The notes beneath the pieces were generated by a model. That model was not told the origin of the DNA. It saw nothing but the letters and a program-made list of their open reading frames with translations, and ran no database searches. Source: a virus (taxonomy: Duplodnaviria > Caudoviricetes). From it: a stretch of 63,318 bases of DNA. The first letter of the stretch is position 1; the number at the start of each line of letters is the position of its first letter. The DNA lies in IMG/VR virus record IMGVR_UViG_3300037993_001113, positions 1 to 63,318 of that record, one strand, 5' to 3'. The translations under genes were made by a program, and so were the position numbers. Positions 38,582 to 46,888 of the stretch are shown here, piece by piece.

Positions 38582-39016
38582 TTATCCGTTGATTTCGTAA
38601 TGTATGCTGATCGACGTAGTTAGCAGACACAGCACCAGTGCGGTTGTGCCATCCGGCGGATAGGATGACAGGATCATGTTGCCTTTGTGCTCTCCGCACA
38701 CCGAAACACACCAGGTACCTGCAAAAAACGATGCAGTGCCTTTAATATCATGCGATGTGACACCGGTGTGCTTGTCCGCGTGTGGCGTAGCGATCTCGAA
38801 CGGTTCTGCCAGTTCCGGTATCTCGTGGTGCCTGAACCATAAATACAAACTGCGGATCGCACCGCGTTTTACATTAGGTTCGAGCATTACCTCCATACGT
38901 CCCCAGCGTTCGTGCTTCAACTGCGGAATGGGTATACGGTAGTCCCATCCGTACTTTTGGTCCTGATATTGTGCCGCATCGCGGAACACCACAGGCTTAT
39001 CGGCTTTCTTTGTCAT
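38582..39016 (-). CDS. Hypothetical protein
   Basis: ATGA-coupled to the recombinase N-half; SD AAGGAG. Confidence 0.65.
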   Translation of the reverse strand: MTKKADKPVVFRDAAQYQDQKYGWDYRIPIPQLKHERWGRMEVMLEPNVKRGAIRSLYLWFRHHEIPELAEPFEIATPHADKHTGVTSHDIKGTASFFAGTWCVSVCGEHKGNMILSSYPPDGTTALVLCLLTTSISIHYEING

Positions 39017-39648
39017 CTTTCAAGCTCCTTCATCCATTCGGTTAGTATTTCCGCCGTCCAGACGGGCACTGCGATTGTGCGCGTGCGGCCGCCCTTGCCG
39101 GTCAGATTGGCTATCAGCATACGGCCGCTGCGGGTGACAATGTGATCGGTGGTAAGCGCGCAAGCCTCGCTCCTGCGCAGGCCGCAACCCACCAGCAACG
39201 CCAGCACCGCGCGGTCGCGTTTGCCCTGTAAAGTGCTGCCATCCGGCGCCGTCAGCAGCGCGTAAGCCTGCTCCGCATTGAGCCAGCAACCCGTTTTTGT
39301 GCCGCGCACGGGCCTGGCGCGGATACGCTCTATTTGTGCTGCGGTTGTTTGTGCGATCCACCCGAGGTCGGCGGCTTCGCCTGCCAGCCGTTTGAGCGCC
39401 GCCAGCGCCTGGTTCAGCGTTGCAGCGCCTTTACCCTGCGCGGCGAGCGACCGTAAATGCCGTTGCACGGTTTCGCGGTCGAGCGTTGCATTGCCGGCGC
39501 GCATGTAACCGGCGATCTGTGCCTTGTAACTGCGCTGCGTGGACGGCGACAGGCCGGTCAGCGCTGCGGCGATACAGCGGGCCGGAAGATCGGTGGCCGC
39601 AGGCGTGGCGGTCACGGTTGTCACGGCATTCGCAGTCGCGGTTGTCAT
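39013..39648 (-). CDS. Tyrosine recombinase, N-terminal half (core-binding domain + catalytic R and K)
   Basis: STQRSY, RDRAVLALLVGCGLRRSE, GKGGRTR; stops before the HxxR box. Confidence 0.88.
   Translation of the reverse strand: MTTATANAVTTVTATPAATDLPARCIAAALTGLSPSTQRSYKAQIAGYMRAGNATLDRETVQRHLRSLAAQGKGAATLNQALAALKRLAGEAADLGWIAQTTAAQIERIRARPVRGTKTGCWLNAEQAYALLTAPDGSTLQGKRDRAVLALLVGCGLRRSEACALTTDHIVTRSGRMLIANLTGKGGRTRTIAVPVWTAEILTEWMKELER
39029..39090 (-). repeat. 62-bp direct repeat, copy 2
   Basis: Identical to 38358-38419. Confidence 0.95.
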
Positions 39649-40349
39649 TGGCTTTTCTGCGGTAACCGCGCCTTCCAGAAACCGTTGCATACGTCTGTAC
39701 TGCAACCCATGAGCGCTACGGTTACATCCTGTCCGTCTTCCGTTTCGGCTTTGAACATGGCCGGTCTGTACGCAATGCTGTCGCTGCCTGCGCGTTTCGG
39801 CGTTTCAAAGTACACGGTCACCTCGCGTACGGGTTTGTTCGTACCGGCATCGGTCACCTTTTTGAGCAGTGCGCATACCTCGTACAATTGTTCGACCGCG
39901 AAGCTGCAGGCGAACGCGGCATTGCGCGGGTCGGATATTACGCGATCGATGTCCGGGAAGCGGTTGCCGGTTTCGTTCGCTTCCGCGCATTTGACAACAG
40001 TGCTGTTAGTACCATCGCTTACGGCAAGCGCGAACCCGTCCGGCGACTGCGTAACGGCGGCGCACGCAAGCACGGGGATAGTGTTTTTGGCGGGTATCGC
40101 CCCGGCCAGCATTTTTGCGTCGCCGGCGGGCAGCAGCAGGTGCGGAAATATGTCGGTCGCGGTTGCTTCGCCGTTACCGGGCACCGGGAACGATTCGGCT
40201 TTCAGCTCGGGCACGGCTGCAATCCGCGCGAGCTTTATACCATCGGTCGCCGCGGTGTACTCCGGGGCGATCAGTATGTTGGAAAGCCTAAAGCTGTTTT
40301 GCTCCGTTGAGCAGAACGCGGCTACCGCGAGGTTGTGTTTATTCAGCAT
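39645..40349 (-). CDS. Beta-sliding-clamp-like protein
   Basis: AATDGIKLA and RFPDIDRVI motifs resemble DnaN domains; SD AAGGA. Confidence 0.55.
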   Translation of the reverse strand: MLNKHNLAVAAFCSTEQNSFRLSNILIAPEYTAATDGIKLARIAAVPELKAESFPVPGNGEATATDIFPHLLLPAGDAKMLAGAIPAKNTIPVLACAAVTQSPDGFALAVSDGTNSTVVKCAEANETGNRFPDIDRVISDPRNAAFACSFAVEQLYEVCALLKKVTDAGTNKPVREVTVYFETPKRAGSDSIAYRPAMFKAETEDGQDVTVALMGCSTDVCNGFWKARLPQKSQ

Positions 40350-40530
40350 CGGTTCCTTTCCTGTCGCCGAACCATGCACTGGACAGCCTTGTATCCTGAC
40401 CGCGCCCCCGCTGGTGATCGGTCCAGTAGCTTACGCCGTTAACGGCGCCCCACAGCGTATCGCGTGCGGTTACAAGATCGCTGCCCGGTGAGCTTAAGAT
40501 TGCTTCGAGCTGCCGTACCCATGCTGCCAT
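40339..40530 (-). pseudogene. C-terminal fragment of a DUF932-like protein
   Basis: TLWGAVNGVSYWTDH..TRLSSAWFG; only 63 aa. Confidence 0.55.
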
Positions 40531-40984
40531 AACCTAACAGGCAAGTCAAGTATATAATGATGTCAATAGCGAAAGTATTTGTACAAGCGGCGAAACGGTA
40601 AGGCAGGTAAACCGACAGCTGGCACAACAGGCAGCCAGGCACATTGCAGCCAAGCACAACGGGAGCAGGATGTTCAGCGAAACGACGGGCGAAGCCCGGC
40701 GTAAGCTGCACAGACTGCGACCTATAGCAGCAACCGTGTAAGCGCACCGCAGGCCGCAGGCGACAGCAGACCTTGCAACATGCAACATCGCTTGCAACCC
40801 GTATGCGCATCGTGCTACGAATTAACAGGTTCGTGCTACGGCAGTGAGCCTGTTGACCCGTTGCGTATCGACGGTAAGGCAGCGGCGCAGGCGGCAATAA
40901 AGGGCACTTATTTGCGCACATCAGGTGGGAAAGGGTATGCGCGGCAGCCGGCAGGGACGCAAGCCGTGCGCACACATACACGCA

Positions 40985-41004
40985 TACGTTCCACGTGGAA
41001 CGTA
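40985..41004. promoter_or_regulatory. parS-like palindrome
   Basis: Perfect palindrome TACGTTCCACGTGGAACGTA; the core matches the chromosomal parS consensus GTTnCACGTGnAAC. Confidence 0.72.
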
Positions 41005-41023
41005 GCACGAATGCCTGTGCAAC

Positions 41024-41039
41024 TGTAATACAGCTTACA
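41024..41039. promoter_or_regulatory. Operator-like TGTAA-N6-TTACA, copy 1
   Basis: The 16-mer TGTAATACAGCTTACA is identical at 54687-54702. Confidence 0.55.
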
Positions 41040-41289
41040 CAATTGTACTCACGCTAATGTACGTTATCGGCAGCAGCACGGGTGTGGCGCCCGGCAGGTG
41101 TGCGGTTAATAGTGAAGGGGGTGTGGCGTGCAGATTGCGGCTTGACTCCGTCCCCGCATTCCTGCAATGATTTTCAAAATAATAAGCGATTTTTTAGGTA
41201 GGTTATTTTTCAATCGCTTCATGGCGGCAACGGCGCCGCAGCAACGCGCGCTGAGACCGCGAAAGCGGGATCGAGCGCAATAGTACACG

Positions 41290-41946
41290 TTACAGCAACG
41301 CGATGATTTGTTTGCCGATGTACTCGCTGTAAGCGGGCGGGATAGCTTCGCGGGTCTCATGCCTGCCCATCCACGGCACGCCCATTTCATCGCGCCATAG
41401 TTTCTCCGGGTCCTGTCTGCCGAACTCGCGGTAGATGCGCTCGCGGCTTTCCGCCCGGTGCGGGTTGAGCACACGCACACTGCGATTGCACTGTATGCCA
41501 TCCGGCGGCAGCAGCGGCACCGCGCTTTCGAACAGCCTGTGGCGGTGCACCCGCATGCCGAACGCGGTGCCGCACAGCACCAGCGGGTTGCGCAGTGGGG
41601 CTCCGGGTACGTTCTCGATCACCCATATTGCGCCGCTGGCTTCCAGCCGTTCGCGCACCGGATCGATCAGCCTCGGCTTTGGCGTTGCCAGATGCCGCAT
41701 GGCGATGCTGTAACTCTGGCACGGCGGGCTCGCCCACACAAAATCGGGAGCAACACTGTCAATCGTGAAGGTCATCGCGTCGTCCTGTATAAACACTTCC
41801 CCGCAGTAGCGCGGTTGCGACTTAATATCCACGCCGACAACGAAGAAACCCGCGCGCTGCAGGCCTTTGGTCGCTCCGCCTGCCCCGCAGAACAGGTCGA
41901 GCGCGACAGGGCGGTCAACGGGGTGCGTGTCCGGTGTGACTATCAT
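41290..41946 (-). CDS. DNA cytosine-C5 methyltransferase (short phage type)
   Basis: DLFCGAGG, ASPPCQ, IENV. Confidence 0.88.
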   Translation of the reverse strand: MIVTPDTHPVDRPVALDLFCGAGGATKGLQRAGFFVVGVDIKSQPRYCGEVFIQDDAMTFTIDSVAPDFVWASPPCQSYSIAMRHLATPKPRLIDPVRERLEASGAIWVIENVPGAPLRNPLVLCGTAFGMRVHRHRLFESAVPLLPPDGIQCNRSVRVLNPHRAESRERIYREFGRQDPEKLWRDEMGVPWMGRHETREAIPPAYSEYIGKQIIALL

Positions 41947-42020
41947 ATACGCCTGCGCATGCGCAACGCGATCCCGTACGGCTTCCGAGCCGGGCGTGGA
42001 TCGCTATGGCAGTGTTACGT

Positions 42021-42470
42021 TCACTCCATCCAGTTGACGCAGCCTGCCGTAATGCATTTTGCATGCATGTGGCCGTTGTATCCCGCGACGCTGTAGCCTA
42101 GTGTGCCGCCGCATCCGGCCGGACAGTCCATCTGCCCGGTACCGCCGTGACCGCGACCCAGCCCGGCAGCCTTCGCGTGTTCGTGCGCGGCGTTAATGCA
42201 CCGCACGGTGAGTTTGGCGCGTTCGTGATGACTACGCTCCTCCGCTTCTGCCTGTTCGCGCGTCGGCGTCTCTCGTTTGTCGCATGTGGTCGTTGCCTCC
42301 GGGTCGCCTGTGCACAGCAAATGTGCGTAGCATCCCGGCCCGGTGCCGAACAGATCGCTGTATACAACACCCGCTTTGCAGGATTCGTTGACAAACACCC
42401 CGTTGAAGTGCACGCAGGTGCGCATGCGGTCTTCAATGCTCTTCTGAAATCGTATCTCGCTTCTGGTCAT
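42021..42470 (-). CDS. Cys/His-rich hypothetical protein
   Basis: CVHFNG...CPAGCGG..NGHMHAKC; ATGA coupling. Confidence 0.65.
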   Translation of the reverse strand: MTRSEIRFQKSIEDRMRTCVHFNGVFVNESCKAGVVYSDLFGTGPGCYAHLLCTGDPEATTTCDKRETPTREQAEAEERSHHERAKLTVRCINAAHEHAKAAGLGRGHGGTGQMDCPAGCGGTLGYSVAGYNGHMHAKCITAGCVNWME

Positions 42471-43540
42471 GTCAGTATCCTTTGTGTCCGGTCCGCCAGC
42501 GTTCTGTAATCCGCATTGGCAATTCTGAACCTCCACGGGTGCCATGCATACCCGGTCGGCATGGAGTAGTTAATCCGTTCGGTCACAATCCCGTGCGCGC
42601 GCAGGCGTTTCAGCTCTCTTTTTACATAGGTGTCTATCTGCGCGCCCGCCGCGATGAACTCTTTGTGCCGGGATTTGCCGCCGCTGCGCAGCAGCGCGCA
42701 CTGCTCCAGCAACCATCCGGTCATATACGGCACCGTGTCGCGCATGACGCGTTCAGCCGCCCGCCAGTCCGGCGGTCTGCCGTCGCCGTACAACATTGCA
42801 ATCCCCCGCGCAATCGCCGCGAGGTTACCGGTGAGCGCTTCCCAGTCGGTCTGTATCGGGCAGAGCTTCTGCAGTAGTTCGCACCAGTAAAGAAACGACG
42901 GCGGATGCAGTGGTGCCGCGATGCCATGCACAAGCGTGACATTACCCTGCTGTTCGCCGTGGCAATGCAGGGGTGCGAGCGCCGCTGCTGTGGCAGCGGA
43001 GAATGCCGACCGCCGCAGATCGATGTCTAATACGCGCCGGGTCAAACGCGCAAGCTCCGTTGCGTCCGCGTCCCGGTTCAGCAGGCATGCCTGACTGCTT
43101 TTCGGATGCGTCATGCGCAACCGTACGCACATCGCCAGCAGGATTGCGTAGCTGTGTGTGGCCATCAGCAGACCGGCGCCCCGGCCGCTGGCCGGCAGCC
43201 TGCGCCATTCGGCATCTACCCAGACGCCCGGCGCATCGGTGCGCCGCATGCCGATCCAGGCCTGCAGCATTGTCTCCGCGGCCTGCGACCGCGACACTCT
43301 GGGAACCGCCAGCGAACGCACCGTAAGCCCTTCGCAGCCGCCACCCAGGCTGAACCACGCGCCCGCGGTATCCCGGTTGGGATAGTCGGTTTCGAGTATC
43401 ACCCACGGCCGCTTCATACCGGTGCAGCCGGCAGGCAGGCACGCGGACAATAACACATCCACCGCCTGCGTGTCGGTCACGCCCCACCGGGCGGACAGAT
43501 GCGCGTGCAGGTCGGCGATACGCTGCGGGAAAGGGTTCAC
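42467..43540 (-). CDS. Hypothetical protein, possible degenerate paralogue of the 32474-33784 ATPase
   Basis: Similar layout, no Walker A. Confidence 0.55.
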   Translation of the reverse strand: MNPFPQRIADLHAHLSARWGVTDTQAVDVLLSACLPAGCTGMKRPWVILETDYPNRDTAGAWFSLGGGCEGLTVRSLAVPRVSRSQAAETMLQAWIGMRRTDAPGVWVDAEWRRLPASGRGAGLLMATHSYAILLAMCVRLRMTHPKSSQACLLNRDADATELARLTRRVLDIDLRRSAFSAATAAALAPLHCHGEQQGNVTLVHGIAAPLHPPSFLYWCELLQKLCPIQTDWEALTGNLAAIARGIAMLYGDGRPPDWRAAERVMRDTVPYMTGWLLEQCALLRSGGKSRHKEFIAAGAQIDTYVKRELKRLRAHGIVTERINYSMPTGYAWHPWRFRIANADYRTLADRTQRILT

Positions 43541-43815
43541 AAAATGCCCGTGTATTGTCGTAAAGCCATGTCGATGTACCGCGCGTCTTCACCCGTGAAG
43601 CGCAGGCAGTCTTCCTGTGAGGCCAGCCACACATGAGTGTGCTCGCCGGGGCCTGCGCAGTAAAGCCACTGCACGACAGCGGACAGGTTCAGGTAGTGCA
43701 TGAACGGCCCGACTTCCCAGTGAAACCAGTTTACCGGCACGGCTGGAGGCACTACGTGCATGGCGGTTGTGTTGGCTGTCTTACGGCTCACTGGTGCTTT
43801 ATTTGGATTTTTCAT
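43537..43815 (-). CDS. Hypothetical protein
   Basis: First gene of the - arm; GTGA overlap. Confidence 0.5.
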   Translation of the reverse strand: MKNPNKAPVSRKTANTTAMHVVPPAVPVNWFHWEVGPFMHYLNLSAVVQWLYCAGPGEHTHVWLASQEDCLRFTGEDARYIDMALRQYTGIL

Positions 43816-43917
43816 TTTCCACTTGCGAAGTCTAGTATACCCGTGGCATGATGGCAATGCAACAGGCGTATGCAACAGCAATGTGGCTTAATGACGCAAC
43901 GGAGGTACACTGTCGCC

Positions 43918-44700
43918 ATGGCTCGTTTACCTTCGAACCTGACCTACAACGATATGACCGGCGCGGAGTGGACGGAAGTCGCCGTGGACTGGTTTCGCCG
44001 CCTGTTGCAGCAGCAGCCCTGGGCGCAGCCGCACATCACGCTTCCTAACGCTAAAATGACGCTGGACTGCCATGTCGCTATCGACATGTGGCCCGGCGGT
44101 ACGGTGCCTGTAGCCAGTCCGCCCGAGCGTCTGGATATCGCCGGGGCGGTCACGGTGGAAAATGTGGTTGGCGCAACCGGCGCAACCGGCGCATTGGAGC
44201 ACAGCGAAACCGACCTGCATGCCGTGGTCAGCGCCGCCCCGCAGCCCGGCGGGTCGCCCCCGGATATGATCCGTGAAGCGCACGGTTTGCCGATCCCCGT
44301 GCCCGGTTACGGCCCCCGCGACACCGGCAGCCATTTGTTCCTGCATGATGTCATGGTTGAAACCGAGCGCCGCGGAACGCCTGCGGAAGGCTATACATTT
44401 GCCGCCGAACCCGTGCCGCCTCCGGTGAATGTTACCGGTCAGGAGATCCCGGTGGAACGCGGCGCGATCACGCTGCGCGCCGACGGCGAACCATTGCGGC
44501 ATGAAAGCGGCATGCAGGTTACCGCCGGCAAGCACATCGCATCGGTGAAGACCTTCGGCGACGAGCGCGGCGCCGCCTACGGCAGCGTTAATGGCGTATA
44601 CGACGCAGGGCCGGCCGGGCTGATGAGCGGACGCGGAGGCGGCGGGCTGTACAGCGACGGGCGGTCGCGGTTGTCGTTCGGCAATAACAACAAAGGGTAG
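43918..44700 (+). CDS. Hypothetical protein
   Basis: SD GGAGG; first gene of the + arm. Confidence 0.65.
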   Translation: MARLPSNLTYNDMTGAEWTEVAVDWFRRLLQQQPWAQPHITLPNAKMTLDCHVAIDMWPGGTVPVASPPERLDIAGAVTVENVVGATGATGALEHSETDLHAVVSAAPQPGGSPPDMIREAHGLPIPVPGYGPRDTGSHLFLHDVMVETERRGTPAEGYTFAAEPVPPPVNVTGQEIPVERGAITLRADGEPLRHESGMQVTAGKHIASVKTFGDERGAAYGSVNGVYDAGPAGLMSGRGGGGLYSDGRSRLSFGNNNKG

Positions 44701-44715
44701 CAAAGGAGATCGACG

Positions 44716-45240
44716 ATGAATACAACAGCGGACCCGCACGGGGTTGTAACCGGCAGCGGCGGTATGCAGCAGACCGGCGTTGACGAACAGGGATCGCGCA
44801 TTGTTCGCTCGCTTGCCCCGCCCATCGCATTGGAACCCGGCAGTATCGTAACCGTGCGCATGGCCGCGCACGTGCGTTCGCCGGGTATGTCCGAATACTT
44901 CTCCCCCGCCGTGGTGCTCGCTCAGTACGATGACGACTGGGGCAGCATCGACGCGCTGGTGTGGGATTCGAGCGCCGGTACGCATTTCGCCAATGGTTAC
45001 CATACCCGCGAACTGGCTGCCGATATGCAGAACGGCCGTCCGACCGGCGGAATGGTTGAAACGCGGAGCAACATAGGCAGAGTGCTGTTCAGTCCGGATG
45101 TGTTCGCTTCCATGCAGCAGACGCTCGAAGAACTGCATCTGGATTTTATTTCGCTGAAACGGCTGGTGCAGGATTTGCAGGGAAAACCTGCGGTGCAACC
45201 GGTGCAGCCGATAACGGTGCAACCGGCTAAACCGAAGTAG
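44716..45240 (+). CDS. Hypothetical protein
   Basis: SD AAGGAG. Confidence 0.65.
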   Translation: MNTTADPHGVVTGSGGMQQTGVDEQGSRIVRSLAPPIALEPGSIVTVRMAAHVRSPGMSEYFSPAVVLAQYDDDWGSIDALVWDSSAGTHFANGYHTRELAADMQNGRPTGGMVETRSNIGRVLFSPDVFASMQQTLEELHLDFISLKRLVQDLQGKPAVQPVQPITVQPAKPK

Positions 45241-45258
45241 CTCTGTTGCAATGCCGCT

Positions 45259-45690
45259 ATGCCGCTTTTGTCCATTATCGCCGATGTAACTGGTCTTACC
45301 GGCGAGATCCGCGAGTCCAACGTACTGCTGCGCCGTATCGCCGAAGCTCTGGAACGAGTGAGCCCGCCGTTGCCCTCCCGCGACCTGCCCGGCCACCCTC
45401 CCGCAGACCCCGATGCCCCGCCCCCCGCTCACTCGTTCGCCGAATCGCCGCTCGAATACGAATCGCGCACGTCGCGCGAAGCAGCGCTTGCGCAATCGCT
45501 CGGTTTCGCCGGCTGGTCCCCGGACTTTCAGAAGCTGTTGTGGGAGGAGCGCGAGCGCCTTATGCAGCCGTCGAGGTACCGAAATGAAGAAGGCGAATGG
45601 GTCGAAACCCCCGAGCGCACCGAAAGCGAAGCGGAAGCGTGCCTCCGGGAAGCGGTCGGGATCGCTAAAAGCGCGTACAACACGCGGTAG
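45259..45690 (+). CDS. Hypothetical protein
   Basis: Protein-like composition. Confidence 0.55.
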   Translation: MPLLSIIADVTGLTGEIRESNVLLRRIAEALERVSPPLPSRDLPGHPPADPDAPPPAHSFAESPLEYESRTSREAALAQSLGFAGWSPDFQKLLWEERERLMQPSRYRNEEGEWVETPERTESEAEACLREAVGIAKSAYNTR

Positions 45691-46450
45691 CAAAGCGGAA
45701 GCGATCGAAATCGCTCCCGTAACGCAGAACCCGCCCCCGGCGCGTCCGGTGCTGCCCGCGCCGCTGACCACCGATCACCGTGTAACGCCGCATGAGCCGC
45801 TTTCACTGCCTTTGCCTCCGACCCCCATGTCGGCGGCCTTCCGGTTTGTGGAACCGGTATGGCGCAACTACATCATGTATGTGGATATGGAATCCCGCGA
45901 GGGCAACGCAGATGCCGCCCGTTACCTTCATTGCTGGCAGTCGCTTACCCCCGAGGAACAGCGCCTGCACATGCCCGAGCAGCTGTGCGAGCTTGCTTCC
46001 GTGCATTCCTGGGACGTGGTCGGCTGGGTATCCCGGCAGATGTTCGCGGAAGGCAACGCGCAGGCGGCGATGTGTATGAGCGTCAACCGGTCGCGGGTGT
46101 TGCAGAAGGTCGCCGAGTACGCCGCCGCCGACGCAGCCAACTACAAAGATCGGGAGCTGTTCGCGAAGACCGCCGGGCTGATGCCGGTTGCGTCCCGCGG
46201 CGGCGGCGGTAGTGTACCGGTGACCATCTTCAACGCGCCGATGGCTACCAGCAACGCGGTCGCGGGGGTCAGGAGCGAATCCGGCCCGGTGCATGCAAGC
46301 GGACTGCGCGATATGGACAGCGAGATCGTGGAACTGTCCCGTGTGATGCAGCAGGGCGGCACCGCGTGCCGGGCAGAACGCGAACCGGCGGAACCGGACG
46401 ACGATGAGGACGAGGACAAAACCGATGACGACTACGAAGAAGACACCTGA
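45584..46450 (+). CDS. Putative terminase small subunit (start uncertain)
   Basis: Helical core and acidic tail, upstream of TerL. Confidence 0.4.
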   Translation: MKKANGSKPPSAPKAKRKRASGKRSGSLKARTTRGSKAEAIEIAPVTQNPPPARPVLPAPLTTDHRVTPHEPLSLPLPPTPMSAAFRFVEPVWRNYIMYVDMESREGNADAARYLHCWQSLTPEEQRLHMPEQLCELASVHSWDVVGWVSRQMFAEGNAQAAMCMSVNRSRVLQKVAEYAAADAANYKDRELFAKTAGLMPVASRGGGGSVPVTIFNAPMATSNAVAGVRSESGPVHASGLRDMDSEIVELSRVMQQGGTACRAEREPAEPDDDEDEDKTDDDYEEDT

Positions 46451-46649
46451 CCCGGTCCGCGAGCACCGCGACTTGCTGGACATATACTGGTCGCTGGTGC
46501 GCGACGCCGCAGCGGACTACCCGGAGCGCTACACGGACACGCAGGTGGCCATGATCCATACCGCGGCGGACCTGCAGCCGGCGGTGCGGGATGCATGGAT
46601 GGCTGTGCCGGAGACGCAACGTTCACCGCATCCGTTCATGCCGGGGTAA
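46425..46649 (+). CDS. Hypothetical protein
   Basis: SD GAGG. Confidence 0.5.
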   Translation: MTTTKKTPDPVREHRDLLDIYWSLVRDAAADYPERYTDTQVAMIHTAADLQPAVRDAWMAVPETQRSPHPFMPG

Positions 46650-46659
46650 ATGTACAACC

Positions 46660-46863
46660 ATGTGCGCTTATGTAAAAACCGGATGTCCTCCCGGACGAAA
46701 ACAAACCTGCTGGTGCGGTTCCTGCCTTAAATGCAGACATCGAATGTATATGACGAACTGGCGGCTGCGCGGTCAGGAGAAGTTAAACCGGCGTGACGCG
46801 GATAAAGAGGACGGCGAAGCGGTGCGTGTGTTGTATTTTCTTGCTTCCAAATCGACGATGTAA
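46660..46863 (+). CDS. Small Cys-rich protein
   Basis: CWCGSCLKC. Confidence 0.4.
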   Translation: MCAYVKTGCPPGRKQTCWCGSCLKCRHRMYMTNWRLRGQEKLNRRDADKEDGEAVRVLYFLASKSTM

Positions 46864-46888
46864 AGCGGAACAACGGTATGCTGTTGTT

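Noticed and set aside
38358-39090. Diversity-generating retroelement TR/VR pair
   Set aside because: The copies are identical with no adenine-specific mismatches, and no reverse transcriptase was seen
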